The position numbers were made by a program, and so were the translations under genes. Of a stretch of DNA of 42,023 bases, positions 1-11,308 are shown one piece after another. The stretch spans positions 47,526,611 through 47,568,633 of the forward strand of contig NC_068986.1 of the NCBI RefSeq assembly GCF_001194135.2. Reading direction: 5' to 3'. This DNA comes from Octopus bimaculoides. Its lineage: Eukaryota. The notes beneath the pieces are model-generated. The model searched no databases. It worked only from the letters and a program-made list of their open reading frames with translations, and was not told where the DNA came from. Each line of letters begins with the position of its first letter. The stretch's first letter is position 1.

Positions 1-2
1 TA

Positions 3-221
3 TACCTTGTATACTACTATCTTTTCCTTTCGTGCATTGACAGTCTCGGGTGGTGGAATCAATTTGGTTTCACCATCCACCTTTTGTATGTACTTCCTGA
101 ACGCGTACAGACACTCTTTAACAATTTTCAGTTCAATGGTGCTTCCACCAACAGCCTGAGAAAAACTTTGCTTTGGCATACTTTCTCCCTGAATGGGAGC
201 GTTGCTTTCGGCTGTCGCCAT
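3..221 (-). CDS. N-terminal 73 codons of an ORF running off the window (MATAESNAPIQGESMPKQSFSQAVGGSTIELKIVKECLYAFRKYIQKVDGETKLIPPPETVNARKEKIVVYKV); LINE ORF1-like (L1/Tx1) or first exon of a host gene
   Basis: Manual translation from caaaATGGCG at 221; no stop to the window edge; missing from the ORF track because it has no stop. Possible donor AAG|GTATA at the edge. Family assignment is inference. Confidence 0.45.
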   Translation of the reverse strand, partial: MATAESNAPIQGESMPKQSFSQAVGGSTIELKIVKECLYAFRKYIQKVDGETKLIPPPETVNARKEKIVVYKV

Positions 222-404
222 TTTGTCAAAAAGACAAAAATAACAGAAAAAATTCTTGTCACCAAATGAATGGTATTTTCCTGCCCCGTAGGGCGAAAAA
301 CTACTGTTAAACAAACAGTTACAAAAATGTCTCACAATAACAGACGTAAAAGAACTCACACAGACGTAGCAGCAAAGATATTTGAATCAAGATATAATAC
401 TCCG

Positions 405-553
405 AACAGGAAAGAAACAGGAAGTGGCCGTAATGAAATAATGTTGGTATGAATAACCAAATACATATACAGAAAGTTAGCATAGTTCGAGACAGGTAAC
501 CTCGTTCACTTCCTGTTAACTAGCAAGGCAGGTAAACTCGTACTTTCTGTTAA
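405..553. promoter_or_regulatory. Cluster of ETS-like cores (ACAGGAAG / ACTTCCTGT) including an imperfect tandem duplication at 491-519 / 527-553
   Basis: aacaggaaag and aacaggaagt near 405-425; gacaggtaacctcgttcacttcctgttaa vs ggcaggtaaactcgtactttctgttaa. Lies between two divergent ORFs. Confidence 0.35.
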
Positions 554-762
554 AAAGGGGAATGAGGAAGACATCGGGAGCTTGGCGTGAATAGAACCAG
601 AACGAAAGACGGAGCTGCATACGGATCGGGCCGTTCACTACCTACTTTGAAACTGGACATAATCTTCATATATGAACATTTACTTCCCTGTTTGAACACT
701 TTCTTGTTGCGATCAGAAGTTTACCCCTTTTTCTTGCATTATTAATTTGTCTGATCGTAACA
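445..762 (+). mobile_element. 5' LTR of a Gypsy/Ty3 element (3' end firm, start uncertain)
   Basis: Ends ...cgTAACA at 762, immediately before the PBS. Start could be TG at 305, 445, 514 or 548; no second LTR in the window to define it. Confidence 0.55.
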
Positions 763-765
763 AAT

Positions 766-783
766 TGGGGGCTCATCCGGGAG
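766..783 (+). promoter_or_regulatory. Primer-binding site complementary to the tRNA-Pro 3' end
   Basis: TGGGGGCTCATCCGGGAG vs canonical tRNA-Pro PBS TGGGGGCTCGTCCGGGAT (16/18), 3 nt after the LTR end. Confidence 0.85.
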
Positions 784-969
784 CTGGATCTCGCAAACAC
801 ATTATAAAACAACTTTACAATTCACCTATGATCTGATCGATTTGAGTTTTTTAAAAAAAAAAGAAAAAAAAAAGGCTATATACAAAATTTCCACTGCTAA
901 AATACACATATTACCTGCATAATTTTGTATCAACATTCGAAATTCTTCTAGTGGAACCAGTATTTAATT

Positions 970-1979
970 ATGGAATTTAAGGTTGAAGAATTTATTGAAT
1001 TTCCCAGTGTGGAGCAATTGAGGATTTAAAAAAATCAGAATTGTTGTTATTGGCCAAGCATTATGATCTGGTGGAGGCTAAGTCTACTATGAAAAAAGNN
1101 NNNNNNNNNNNNNNNNNNNNNNNNNNNNNNNNNNNNNNNNNNNNNNNNNNNNNNNNNNNNNNNNNNNNNNNNNNNNNNNNNNNNNNNNNNNNNNNNNNNN
1201 NNNNNNNNNNNNNNNNNNNNNNNNNNNNNNNNNNNNNNNNNNNNNNNNNNNNNNNNNNNNNNNNNNNNNNNNNNNNNNNNNNNNNNNNNNNNNNNNNNNN
1301 NNNNNNNNNNNNNNNNNNNNNNNNNNNNNNNNNNNNNNNNNNNNNNNNNNNNNNNNNNNNNGAGCTTTTCAAAATGGTTTTGGAACATTTAGTTGATGAA
1401 GAAATTTTTGAAGATTCGGCTTTGTCATTGTTGAAACCAGAGAAAACAGATGCGTTTGAGTTGAGGAAATTAGAATTAGAATTTCAAAAAGCAATAAGGG
1501 AAATGGAAATTCAAAAAGAATTAAAATTGAAAGAAATGAAATTACAGAGTAGAAAGTTGGACACTACTCGTGGTCAGACAGATTTCGATGTAGTGAAAAA
1601 TATTAGACATGTACTCCCATTTAGTGAAGCAGATATTGATAAATTTTTCCTTCATTTTGAAAAGGTGGCAATAAATTTGAGATGACCTGTTGAGCATTGG
1701 ACAATGTTAATACAATGTGTTTTAAAAGGCAGGGCTCAGGAAGTCTATTCGGCTTTATCGATCGAAGCAAGTTTGAGTTATGAAGTGGTCAAACAGGCTA
1801 TTCTGAAAGCTTATGAACTGGTCCCCGAGGCATATAGACAAAAATTTAGGCAGTCCAAGAAAAGAAGGGAGGATACCTATGTAGAAGTTGCGAGAAAAAA
1901 GGAATATTTGTTTGATGGGTGGTGTATGGCAAAAGAAGTTGGGGAAGATTTTCACAAATTGAGGCAGCTTATATTATTA
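970..1979 (+). pseudogene. gag: Decayed Gypsy gag (Gmr1-like, SCAN-related capsid region); 3'-truncated, no pol
   Basis: MEFKVEEFIEFPSVEQL.. (frameshift near 1021) ..LAKHYDL..; FDVVKNIRHVLPF..DKFFLHFEKVA; TGA at 1683 where Trp is expected; AQEVYSALS..YEVVKQAILKAYELVPEAYRQKFR..KLRQLIL. Cut by a SINE at ~1977. Confidence 0.85.
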
Positions 1980-2173
1980 GTACGCCGGACAAAATGCTTA
2001 GTGGCATTTCGCACGTCTATAACGTTCTGATTTCAGACTTCACCGAGGTGGACTTTACTTTTCATCTCTTTTAGGGCCATTGAAATAAGTAATAGTTGAG
2101 CACTATGGCTGGTGTAATTGATTTACCCTCCCACCAAAAATTCAGGCGTTATGTCTATAGCAGAAAGGATTAT
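1977..2173 (+). mobile_element. tRNA-derived SINE, family A (ATT tail), 5'-truncated
   Basis: ttagtacgccggacaaaatgcttag...gtctatagcagaaaggatta aligns with fuller copies such as 23053-23275. Confidence 0.85.
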
Positions 2174-3371
2174 AATACTTGGAGACTGTCAAATGAACTG
2201 AGCTTTTTCAGTTTAACGACTAAAGTTTTGAGGACCACCAGAACTAAGTAAAGTACATGGAAGAAACATTTAACTTGCTCTAGACCATTTCACCCGGTGA
2301 AAGAGAACAATTGATCTCTTCTATATGTGTAACTTTGGTCACCATCATCTCACGAAACTTCTTGTTTTAGTATAAAATCAATATCTTTTGCGCTTTTGAT
2401 GTTGCGGCATCAATTCAGATAAATTTGCATTCGTGTTCTTGTATTTACAACCGAAACTTTTGAACAAACTGAATGAAAATAACATAACTAAGGATGAGAA
2501 TATAACTAAGAAGGACGTTTGGCAATATAATGGAAGGTTTGTAGTAAAGATGGAATAAAGTTTTTTATAAATTTTACACATATTTATCTATTTATCTTTT
2601 TAAATAGCAGTCGGTTAGATTTTAGAGGCATATTATTCTGTATTTTCTTTTCCCGTTTGAAAATAAATAAGTTCTATAACATTTTCATTTTTCCAGAAAG
2701 AAATTGTAAATAATTTGTTTACATTGCCCATCTAAACAGGAATCAAAATTCTCGGCATGTAGTGTTAAATGCCGAAGGCTCTAACTGGTGTAACAGCTAA
2801 GTAATGTTTGTAACGTAGTCTTTAACGTTGTGTTTTGTGTAATCAAGGTAATTTAAATATGACATGCAGCACAACAGAAAACTCCGGTTTCACCAAATGC
2901 AATAGTGTACAGAAGTTTCTATAACCCTTTGTTATGATATGGGATTCTACTCATAACAGCTTCTGTTGCACACGCCACAGACTGAGGATAGAAGAACGAT
3001 ATACGAGTAAAAGGGAGAAAGAAATTTTTAAAAAATAGAAAAAAACTTATAAATATGGAAGTTAAACTATTAACAAAGTTTCTGCAACTATTTACATAAA
3101 TAATCTTTGTTATATTGCATGTTTCTCGCCGAAGGAAATATTTCGAATGTTTATTTGTTGTCGTCTTTTGGAATTATTTCTTAAACAGCAATGATGACAC
3201 GATAAAAAGGAATGTACTTTCTTTCTTTCACTGCTTTTGTGACATGAACTGCGGTTTTAGTATATCGGGTTATGAGAACTTCTACTGTAGACTGCATAAG
3301 GCAGCGAACACCTGACGTCTAAGTGGAGAGTTTATATTCTAATGTAGCCATTGACATTTTTTGTTTTGTTT

Positions 3372-3510
3372 TTGCTCCTTTTTTCTCGAGCCCTTGGCTT
3401 ATAAGGCTGGTTACTCGATTCTCATGACGCATAAATAACGGAGATCACAATATTCCTCTGAACGGAACACCGGTTCGTATCCGGGTTCAAGGCTAGCAAT
3501 TCTGAGAAGA
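3372..3510 (-). mobile_element. 3' fragment of a CORE-SINE variant (same family as 17700-17880)
   Basis: Reverse complement aligns with accctgtgatggaccggcgtcccgttcagg...gaaaccggccctatga..ctcgagaagg at 17780-17878. Confidence 0.6.
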
Positions 3511-3514
3511 CTGA

Positions 3515-3673
3515 GGCAACTCCACTATTCCAACCAGTATTTGACTAGTACTTTTTATTGAACCTAAAGGGTTAAAAGGCAAAGTTTACCTCGGTGTGAT
3601 TCGAAATGAGAACGTACAAGGCCGGAAGAAGCATTTTGTCCGATGTTGTAACGATTTTACCAGCTTATCGCCT
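3515..3673 (-). mobile_element. SINE family A
   Basis: aaaggcaaagtttacctcggtgtgattcgaa..gcattttgtccgatgttgtaacgatt is the reverse complement of the family A head and body. Confidence 0.75.
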
Positions 3674-3742
3674 TCAGCTGAGTTTTACACCCAGCCAAAT
3701 ATCTAAATCTGACCAATATTGTTTCTACTATCAGGTATAAGG

Positions 3743-3927
3743 AAGGCTGTGAGCTGAAAGAATTTAGCACGCCGGGCAAAATGCTTAGAGTGGTTCGCCT
3801 GTCTTCAAATTCTGAGTTCAAATTCCGCTGTAGCCGACTTTGCCATTTATAATCTCAAGGTCGGTAAAATAAGAGTCAGTTAAATACTGGGGTCATTGTA
3901 GTCGACTTACTCCGTCCTCCGAAACTC
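3743..3927 (+). mobile_element. SINE family A
   Basis: ggctgtgagctgaaagaatttagcacgccgggcaaaatgcttag, B-box gagttcaaattcc, gtcgacttac. Confidence 0.85.
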
Positions 3928-4014
3928 TTTCTATATATATATATATATATATATCATCTGTCTATATGTATTTGTGTGTGTGTGTGTGTAAACATACATA
4001 GACACACACACATG

Positions 4015-4192
4015 TTGGTTTCAAGTTTTGGCTTAGGGTCAACAATTTTGTGGGTTGGGGTAAGTCAATTACATCGACTCCAGTGTTCAGCTTATACTTA
4101 TTTCATTGATCTCGATGGAACGAAAGGCAAAGTCGGAACGTCAAAACAGGTGAAATACTAGCGTGCTAACGATTCTACCAGCTCGCCACCTT
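4015..4192 (-). mobile_element. SINE family A (internally deleted)
   Basis: ttacatcgactccagtg..aaaggcaaagtcg..gcgtgctaacgattctaccagctcgccacc. Confidence 0.8.
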
Positions 4193-4456
4193 ATATATTA
4201 TATTAAACAATATTTGTTCACAGGAGGTATGATTAAGTGTTTGGGTATGAATTAATGGTATACGTGAGAAGTGTGTATAAAAAAAAAGGCAGAGAGAATG
4301 GGAGTGGCAACCTATGAACAGGTGTCAAAATGTGAATGCATATGTAAGACGTGTCTGCTTACCAGAGAGAGAGATAGAGAGAGAGAGAAGTAGTAGTAAG
4401 AAATTGTATGTAAATTTATGAATATATACAAGGTGCATATATCATGCATTTGGGTA

Positions 4457-4484
4457 TAGAATGGGTTGGGGTATGTGTATGCGT

Positions 4485-4523
<39 letters not shown>

Positions 4524-4953
4524 ATGTGTGTGTGTGTTGCATTATATATATATATATATATATGTATGTGTGNNNNNNNNNNNNNNNNNNNNNNNNNNNN
4601 NNNNNNNNNNNNNNNNNNNNNNNNNNNNNNNNNNNNNNNNNNNNNNNNNNNNNNNNNNNNNNNNNNNNNNNNNNNNNNNNNNNNNNNNNNNNNNNNNNNN
4701 NNNNNNNNNNNNNNNNNNNNNNNNNNNNNNNNNNNNNNNNNNNNNNNNNNNNNNNNNNNNNNNNNNNNNNNNNNNNNNNNNNNNNNNNNNNNNNNNNNNN
4801 NNNNNNNNNNNNNNNNNNNNNNNNNNNNNNNNNNNNNNNNNNNNNNNNNNNNNNNNNNNNNNNNNNNNNNNNNNNNNNNNNNNNNNNNNNNNNNNNNNNN
4901 NNNNNNNNNNNNNNNNNNNNNNNNATAGAATGGGTTGGGGTATGTGTATGCGT

Positions 4954-5004
<51 letters not shown>

Positions 5005-5010
5005 ATACAT
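4457..5010. repeat. (TA)n/(TG)n block with the same unique 30-mer on both sides of an N gap
   Basis: atagaatgggttggggtatgtgtatgcgtt at 4457 and 4925. Confidence 0.8.
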
Positions 5011-5094
5011 ACATATATAATTACATATATTATACTGGTTTCAGCCAGAGGTTGTAGTTACGTTGGGTTACCACATTTAGTGTGGCTTTTATTT

Positions 5095-5475
5095 CCCACT
5101 CACTTTTTGGCTCTCTCTTCGTAACTGATTTTGGTGGAGCGGCGAACTAGATAGAGCTGCTCTATTTTATGTTTCCTCCAACGATGTGGATTTCTCTGAT
5201 TCCAGATAAAGTTTGTCCAAATGTTCTTTGAACACACACACATCTACACATTGTAGATCTCTGTCGAGATAGAGCTGAGTTTTGGAAAGATGTGGTCTCT
5301 TCAAATCTAAGCTGTTACAATACTGGCTCCTTACACTAGATGGAGAAAAACAGCATCTTTGGTAGAATACAATAGTGTTCAGTTCTGTTGTTGGCATAAC
5401 TTTCAATTCCAAATTTGGATGCCAGGCCTTCCAGGATTTTTCGTATATATCATAGATATTATGCATACTCGTATA
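5095..5475 (-). mobile_element. 3' end of a CR1/L2-group LINE ORF2 (frameshifted)
   Basis: Minus frames give YIRKILEGLASKFGIESYANNRTEHYC and SVRSQYCNSLDLKRP..RDLQCVDVCVFKEHLD, resembling the C-terminal tail of CR1-group RTs (from recall). Confidence 0.65.
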
Positions 5476-5669
5476 TCATATCAATTTATTACACACATAC
5501 ACCCAATATATATGTGTATATATATGTTTTATCTATCTCTCTCTATATGTGTGTATGTATACACATTTTATATGTATGTGTTTTTGTATACATACTCATA
5601 CATACACGCACATATATCTCTTGTGGCAAATAAAAGAATTTATCATCATCCCCATCGTAGTCATCATTA

Positions 5670-5674
5670 TCATG

Positions 5675-5712
<38 letters not shown>
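5670..5712. repeat. (ATT)n microsatellite
   Basis: Seen directly. Confidence 0.95.
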
Positions 5713-6282
5713 CATTTTCACATACCGAAATTTGATGTAGCTGATTGCCGGTTGGATGAAAGACGGAACGTATGTATCATTGCCAGTATAGTATCCTTGA
5801 TGAAGAAACTAGTTTGTAACTGAACTATGAATGAAAGACGATTAACTGTGAGATTAGACAAATCGTCATTCATAAAGATTGAAAGTAAGACGGTTTCAGT
5901 TGATCTCTTGGAAAGGGTAGCCTTTAGAATATACTTCGGTGCCAAATTTTATCAAAAACCTTGTTACTTTAAAAAAACGTGGTTTTATACTATCACTGTA
6001 GTATTAGCTGACTATAAGTTTTCTTGAAGTGATACTCGGCCATAGGTCAATGGGTTATCTGTTAGATTTAGAAGCTGGCTATTCCTTATCTTTTCGTAAC
6101 TTTGGAGATAGTAGAAAGATATCTGAATATATGGGGGAGTTGAAGACTTATGTTGTCTTTGGTCTGTTTCTGTGAGGTAGGATAAAAGAGTAACTTTGTT
6201 AACTGAGAAATACTTGTCAGCTAAGCAGATAATGGAAAAGTTTATTTCGCAGCAAAATATTGGTTGTTTATTTATTTATTCG

Positions 6283-6489
6283 TTTTACTTGTTTTAGTCA
6301 TTGCTGAGCCATGTTGGGCCATGCTTGGGCACTACATTGGAAGGTTTAGTCGAAAAGATAGCCCATAGAACTTATTTTTTACCGAACAGCTAAGTTGCAA
6401 TGACATAAAAAATATAACACCGGTTTGTCAAGCGATGTTGCAGAATAAACACAAACAGATGGATACACATGCACTCCTTCATGTATATA

Positions 6490-6546
<57 letters not shown>

Positions 6547-6672
6547 CAACCAACGGGCTTCCTCGCCGTTTCTGTTCTCCAGTAAAAGACACTTGCCCAA
6601 AGTGCCACACAGTGGGAGTGAGCCCGGAGCCATGTGGTTGGGAAGCAAACTTGTTACCCCGTCTGCGCCTAT
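6283..6672 (-). mobile_element. tRNA-head CORE-SINE with internal (TA)n, family B
   Basis: Minus strand: ataggcgcag..ttcccaaccacatggctccgggctcactccca..ggcactttgggcaagtgtctt (CORE-like), internal microsatellite, 3' end ..aatgactaaaacaagtaaaa. Confidence 0.8.
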
Positions 6673-6891
6673 GTATGTAAAGTTATTGAAAGCATTATTG
6701 TTGTAGTAGCGTTAAAAGAGGAAAGAAAAGTTCTATAGTAGACACTTCATTGATTGAAAGTTGTAAGAAAGAGAAAATTCTGTAATCAAAAGGATATTTT
6801 CAGAAGCATGGATTAATATAAGTAATCGAAAGAAACAGAAACTATACTGTCGAATCTGTACACCAAGGTTAGGTATGACAGGTGTTTGTAC

Positions 6892-7085
6892 GGTGACCAG
6901 TAATAAAGTCACAGGAAAAAAAAGTTACAGTAATAAAATCACAGTTTTGGCTAGGAAAAAAAGTCACAGGAAAAAAAAGTCACAATTAATTTATGGAATC
7001 CGGAAAAAAGCTCCCTAGAACAAAACCGCCTTGGACAACCCTCCCCCACCGGACAAAACCCCTGTGACTTTTTCCTGTGATATTT
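6892..7085. repeat. Array of aaaagtcacagg motifs with one inverted copy; foldback/MULE-type terminal remnant
   Basis: About five direct copies at 6899-6984; tgtgactttttcctgtgat at 7063-7082; ggacaaaacccc motifs between. Confidence 0.5.
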
Positions 7086-7365
7086 CTTTTTACCTGGATT
7101 CGTTTGTACAGGTGCTTGTACAATTATGCAACGCCAATATGAAATTAATGCTCTATAATTGTTACCAAATAACTTTTAAATATGAGGATCAAAATAAGAA
7201 TTTTAAAGTTTTTCTCGGATTAATTTGATTATGAAGATTTTTATCCTTAAGAGAAATATAAGAAACAATTTGAGTATTCAATCATCCTTACATGAAAGGG
7301 TTCGAACTCGGCACTTGTAGGCTAGAAAATTGCTAATTCAGAATTCCAAAGTCTTACCAAGAAGC

Positions 7366-7411
<46 letters not shown>

Positions 7412-7797
7412 ATCTCTTCCTTACATAATCAAAGAGTATATACTTTATCTGAAGCGTATAGCCTACGAGTGAAGTCAATTTGCTACGACTCAGAATCCCA
7501 CCCTTCTTCATATACACGGCTGTTTCCAGAAACAAAGAAGCTGTCTTCCCAAACCCATTTTATTCACTTAGTTGCGTATGTCAGTAATGAAACATCACGG
7601 GCTTTTAGGTGACACACAATGTAGGTTGCAGAAGTCTCCCTGCAATATTGTTAGAAAAAAGTTATCTAAGACATTTACTTAAAACTAAAGTACGTATGTA
7701 CATATATAAATATATACATATATACTCCAATAAGAGGGTTATTAAAGAAATTAAAATGTTAATAATCTGAGCTAAAGTAAATTAACCATTATTAAAT

Positions 7798-7799
<2 letters not shown>

Positions 7800-7829
<30 letters not shown>

Positions 7830-8046
7830 CATAATAATAATAATCCTTTCTACTCTAGGCCTGAAATTTGGGTGGGGAGGCGACTAGTTGATTACATCGA
7901 CCCCAACATTTTACTGGTGCTTATATTATCGACCCCGAAAGGTAAAGTCGACCTCAGCGGAATTTGAATTCAGAACGTACTGACGGACGAAATACCGCTA
8001 AGCATTTCGACCGGCGCGCTGATGATTCTACTAGCTCGCTACCTTG
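7800..8046 (-). mobile_element. SINE family A, near full length with (ATT)n tail
   Basis: (aat)n-cctttctactctaggcctgaaattt..cggaatttgaattcagaacgt..ctagctcgctacc. Confidence 0.9.
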
Positions 8047-8060
8047 ATAATAACAATAAT

Positions 8061-8168
8061 TATTATTATTTCTACTCTTGGCACAAGGCCTTGAAAATTT
8101 GGTGGGGAAGGGGCTAGTCGATTATATCGACCCCAGTGCGTGACTGATACTTATTTCATCGACTCTGA
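8061..8168 (-). mobile_element. SINE family A 3' half, cut by a gap
   Basis: tttctactcttggcacaaggcc..atcgaccccagtg..gatacttatttcatcgac. Confidence 0.85.
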
Positions 8169-8947
8169 NNNNNNNNNNNNNNNNNNNNNNNNNNNNNNNN
8201 NNNNNNNNNNNNNNNNNNNNNNNNNNNNNNNNNNNNNNNNNNNNNNNNNNNNNNNNNNNNNNNNNNNNNNNNNNNNNNNNNNNNNNNNNNNNNNNNNNNN
8301 NNNNNNNNNNNNNNNNNNNNNNNNNNNNNNNNNNNNNNNNNNNNNNNNNNNNNNNNNNNNNNNNNNNNNNNNNNNNNNNNNNNNNNNNNNNNNNNNNNNN
8401 NNNNNNNNNNNNNNNNNNNNNNNNNNNNNNNNTGTTTGAGGTTTTGCCCAAATTTCTGCATTCAGTTGCTCGTAAGACAAATGTAAGCGGGGAATTCTGA
8501 AGGTTGCGGTTCCAGAGAGGAATGTTAGAGCAAATTGTGGTAGGCAGTTTGCTAGATCAGAGGAGCAGAAGCATATGTAGTAGCAATAGAAAAGGCGAAG
8601 AGAGAGAGAGAGAGAGGGAGAGAGAGGGAGAGAGAGAGGGAGAGAGAGTTTATGGTTGTAGCAAATCGGTTGGATGAATTTTTTTTGACGCGATCTCAGA
8701 TATCTGAGTTTGCAAGCATTGAACCAGATATGTACAAATCATCACCTGCCTGTAAGTATGGTGAAATAAACTAAATTATTAAATCATTGAAGTGAAATAG
8801 CAAACAAAACTAAATAAAGGTACTTGGTACAAAACCTTTTTAAGCTTTTACTTTGGTGAGCCTAATTCATTAACCGAGAAAGAATATTATCATCGATCAA
8901 CTGAAATTATCTACATTAAATAACAATCGTAAAATTTGTGGGGTATA

Positions 8948-9835
8948 CGAGGTGGTATGAAAAGATTGTTGGACTAGTTATGTTTAATACAAATTTTTTT
9001 ATTTATCTAAGTTTTAACATCATCGCCTACGAAATAGTCATCTTGCACAATAATACACCAGTCCTGGCGTTCCTGCCACTTTGGAATCCGGCCTGGAAGT
9101 TGTTTTCCATAAGCGAGTCGAGGACCTTCTGCGATTTGCTCTGGATCTCGACAACGGTGTTAAGACGGCAACTTTAGAGCAGCATTTTCATCTTGGGGAA
9201 GAGATGGAAGTCCACAGGTATTAAATCTGTCGAATAGGGTGGGTGCAGAAGCTACGCCATGTTTACTTTGGCGAGAAACTCACGAGTGAGGAGAGCTCGG
9301 TGAAGAATCCAATTCTTTGCGCTCCACAAATCCGGTCGCTTTCACCGAATGTCTTCCCTCAAATGCTTCAAAACATCGCAGTAGAATTCTTGATTGACAG
9401 TCTGGCCCTGGGGGACGAATTCTCGATACACAATACCACATTTCTGGAGGTGACGTTCGTGACAGGTCTTCCAGATCGCTCATCGTCTTCCAGGGACGTT
9501 CTTTCACTTTTGATTCGCCCATGTCAGTCGAAACATTGCGTACGACCCTTTGCCATAAGCTTGCCTATGCATGATCAATATCTCTGTAGCAGACTTCCCA
9601 AGTTTAACGCAAAATTTTACGTTGGCTCTTTGTTCCTGTCTATGGCAAAATCGCAGACTACAGTATAAACGTGATCACAAAAATACAAATTTCACAACTT
9701 GGGAATTGAACACAGGAAAGTCATCGGCACACTGTCTCATGAAGGTCACTGCTTGCTCTCACTGCGCATACAACCGCGTTCTGCCATCTGTTGGCGCGCT
9801 ACAGAACTAATCCAGTAACTTTTAATGCCACCTCG
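8948..9835 (-). mobile_element. Internally deleted mariner transposon with both TIRs and TA duplication
   Basis: TA|CGAGGTGGTATGAAAAG ... CTTTTAATGCCACCTCG|TA. Minus strand encodes SLEDDERSGRPV, GIVYREFVPQGQTVNQEFYCDVL and HPPYSTDLIPVDFHLF (YSPDLAP-type motif), with stops. Confidence 0.9.
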
Positions 9836-9867
9836 TACGTATACGATTAGCTAGTATCCTATTTATT

Positions 9868-10047
9868 AGTTTCAAAGTTTGGCACAAAGTCAGAAATTTC
9901 GGGCAGAGGGTTAGACGATTAGATCCCACACAGTGCTCAACTGATGCTTATTTTATCGAGTGCGAAAGAATGAAAGGCAACTTCGACAGAATTTGCACTC
10001 AGAACGTAAAGACAGACAAAATGCCTCAAAGCATTTTCCCCAGCTGC
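9868..10047 (-). mobile_element. SINE family A
   Basis: ggcacaaagtcagaaatttc..gaaaggcaacttcgacagaatttgcactcagaacgtaaagac. Confidence 0.8.
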
Positions 10048-11049
10048 ACCCCATTTTTTGGTGGTGGTGGTGGGGTATCATACTTATTACATATAACTCT
10101 TTTATGAAATACCATGATATAGCAACGAAAAAGAATGAATACATTAAATTTATAGACTGGGTAGTCAAAGAAATTATTAAATATTCTGGAAAATTGTATT
10201 CACTTACTGAATAATTTATCATATATCTTATGTGCGAGAACGGCATTAACACGTTATTATAGAAAAATTGTTCTTAGTATTCGTATAAAAAAACTTGAAA
10301 GATTTTGCTTGTAAATCTTCTAATATTGTCTTTTGTAGTATTAATTGAGAATAATAATCATCGAAAAAGCTTTTGTACAGATTAATGAATATTTTTATTT
10401 ATTTTTTTTATAAAAGTAACCAAAAATTAAATTATGTCCCAGAGAGATACAAATTTAAAGAAGGTATACAATTTTCTTTCCGTTTATATTTGCTTTATAT
10501 GAAATTGTTACTGATGCATAAAGTTCTCTAATTATTATTGAACAATATTGATGACAAGTAACCTCTAAACAACATATTTTGGACAAATATTTCAAAATAC
10601 AAAACGGAATCGTTTTTGTTTTTGTGTTTTTTATTAAGAACTCAAGAAACTATATGGTTGGCTGGTAACGAATATTAACATTCAATATTAAAACGAACAC
10701 TATGAAAATAATTGTGATGTTGACCATTAAGTGTTTACAAACGACAAATTTCGGTTATCGCAAGCTTTGGAAATATGCTAATTGTGTACGCAAAGAAATT
10801 TTTAATGAAATAATTTACAGAAATGAGATTCACCTTCATTTTCCAATTTCCAAACAACTAAGTTATACTTGTTTATTCTTTTTTTTTCACCCCTTTTCTA
10901 TTAGAAATTTTATACTTCAGGATTAGGCACATATGAATAAAACTGGCTATTTATTGGCAATATCTAGTGATTTTGTGCTAATAATTTCCTGTGAAATACT
11001 TTTACAAGGATAAAATCAAATATACACGTACAAACACATCGTATAATAG

Positions 11050-11263
11050 ATTTTGATTTTGGCACACGGCCAGTAATTTTGAGGGATGTAGGATTGACGA
11101 TAACATCGATACCAGTACTTGATTGGTACTTTGTTCCATCGACTCCGATATAATGAAAAGCTAAGTTGACCTCGGTGGGATTTGAACGCAGAACGTGAGG
11201 AGTCGTAGCGAGTACCGCAAAGCATTTTTGTCCGACGTTCTAACGATTCTGTCAGCACGCCGC
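11050..11263 (-). mobile_element. SINE family A
   Basis: ggcacacggccagtaatttt..gacctcggtgggatttgaacgcagaacgt..taacgattctgtcagcacgccgc. Confidence 0.85.
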
Positions 11264-11270
11264 ACGCACG

Positions 11271-11308
<38 letters not shown>

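Noticed and set aside
4457-5010. Duplicate unique sequence on both sides of a gap as a biological tandem repeat
   Set aside because: Most simply an unmerged contig overlap.
4312-5124. Long ORFs with X runs and YI/CV/TH repeats (also at 8.1, 27, 28.7, 34.4, 36.2, 40.5 and 41.4 kb)
   Set aside because: Artefacts of N gaps and microsatellites.
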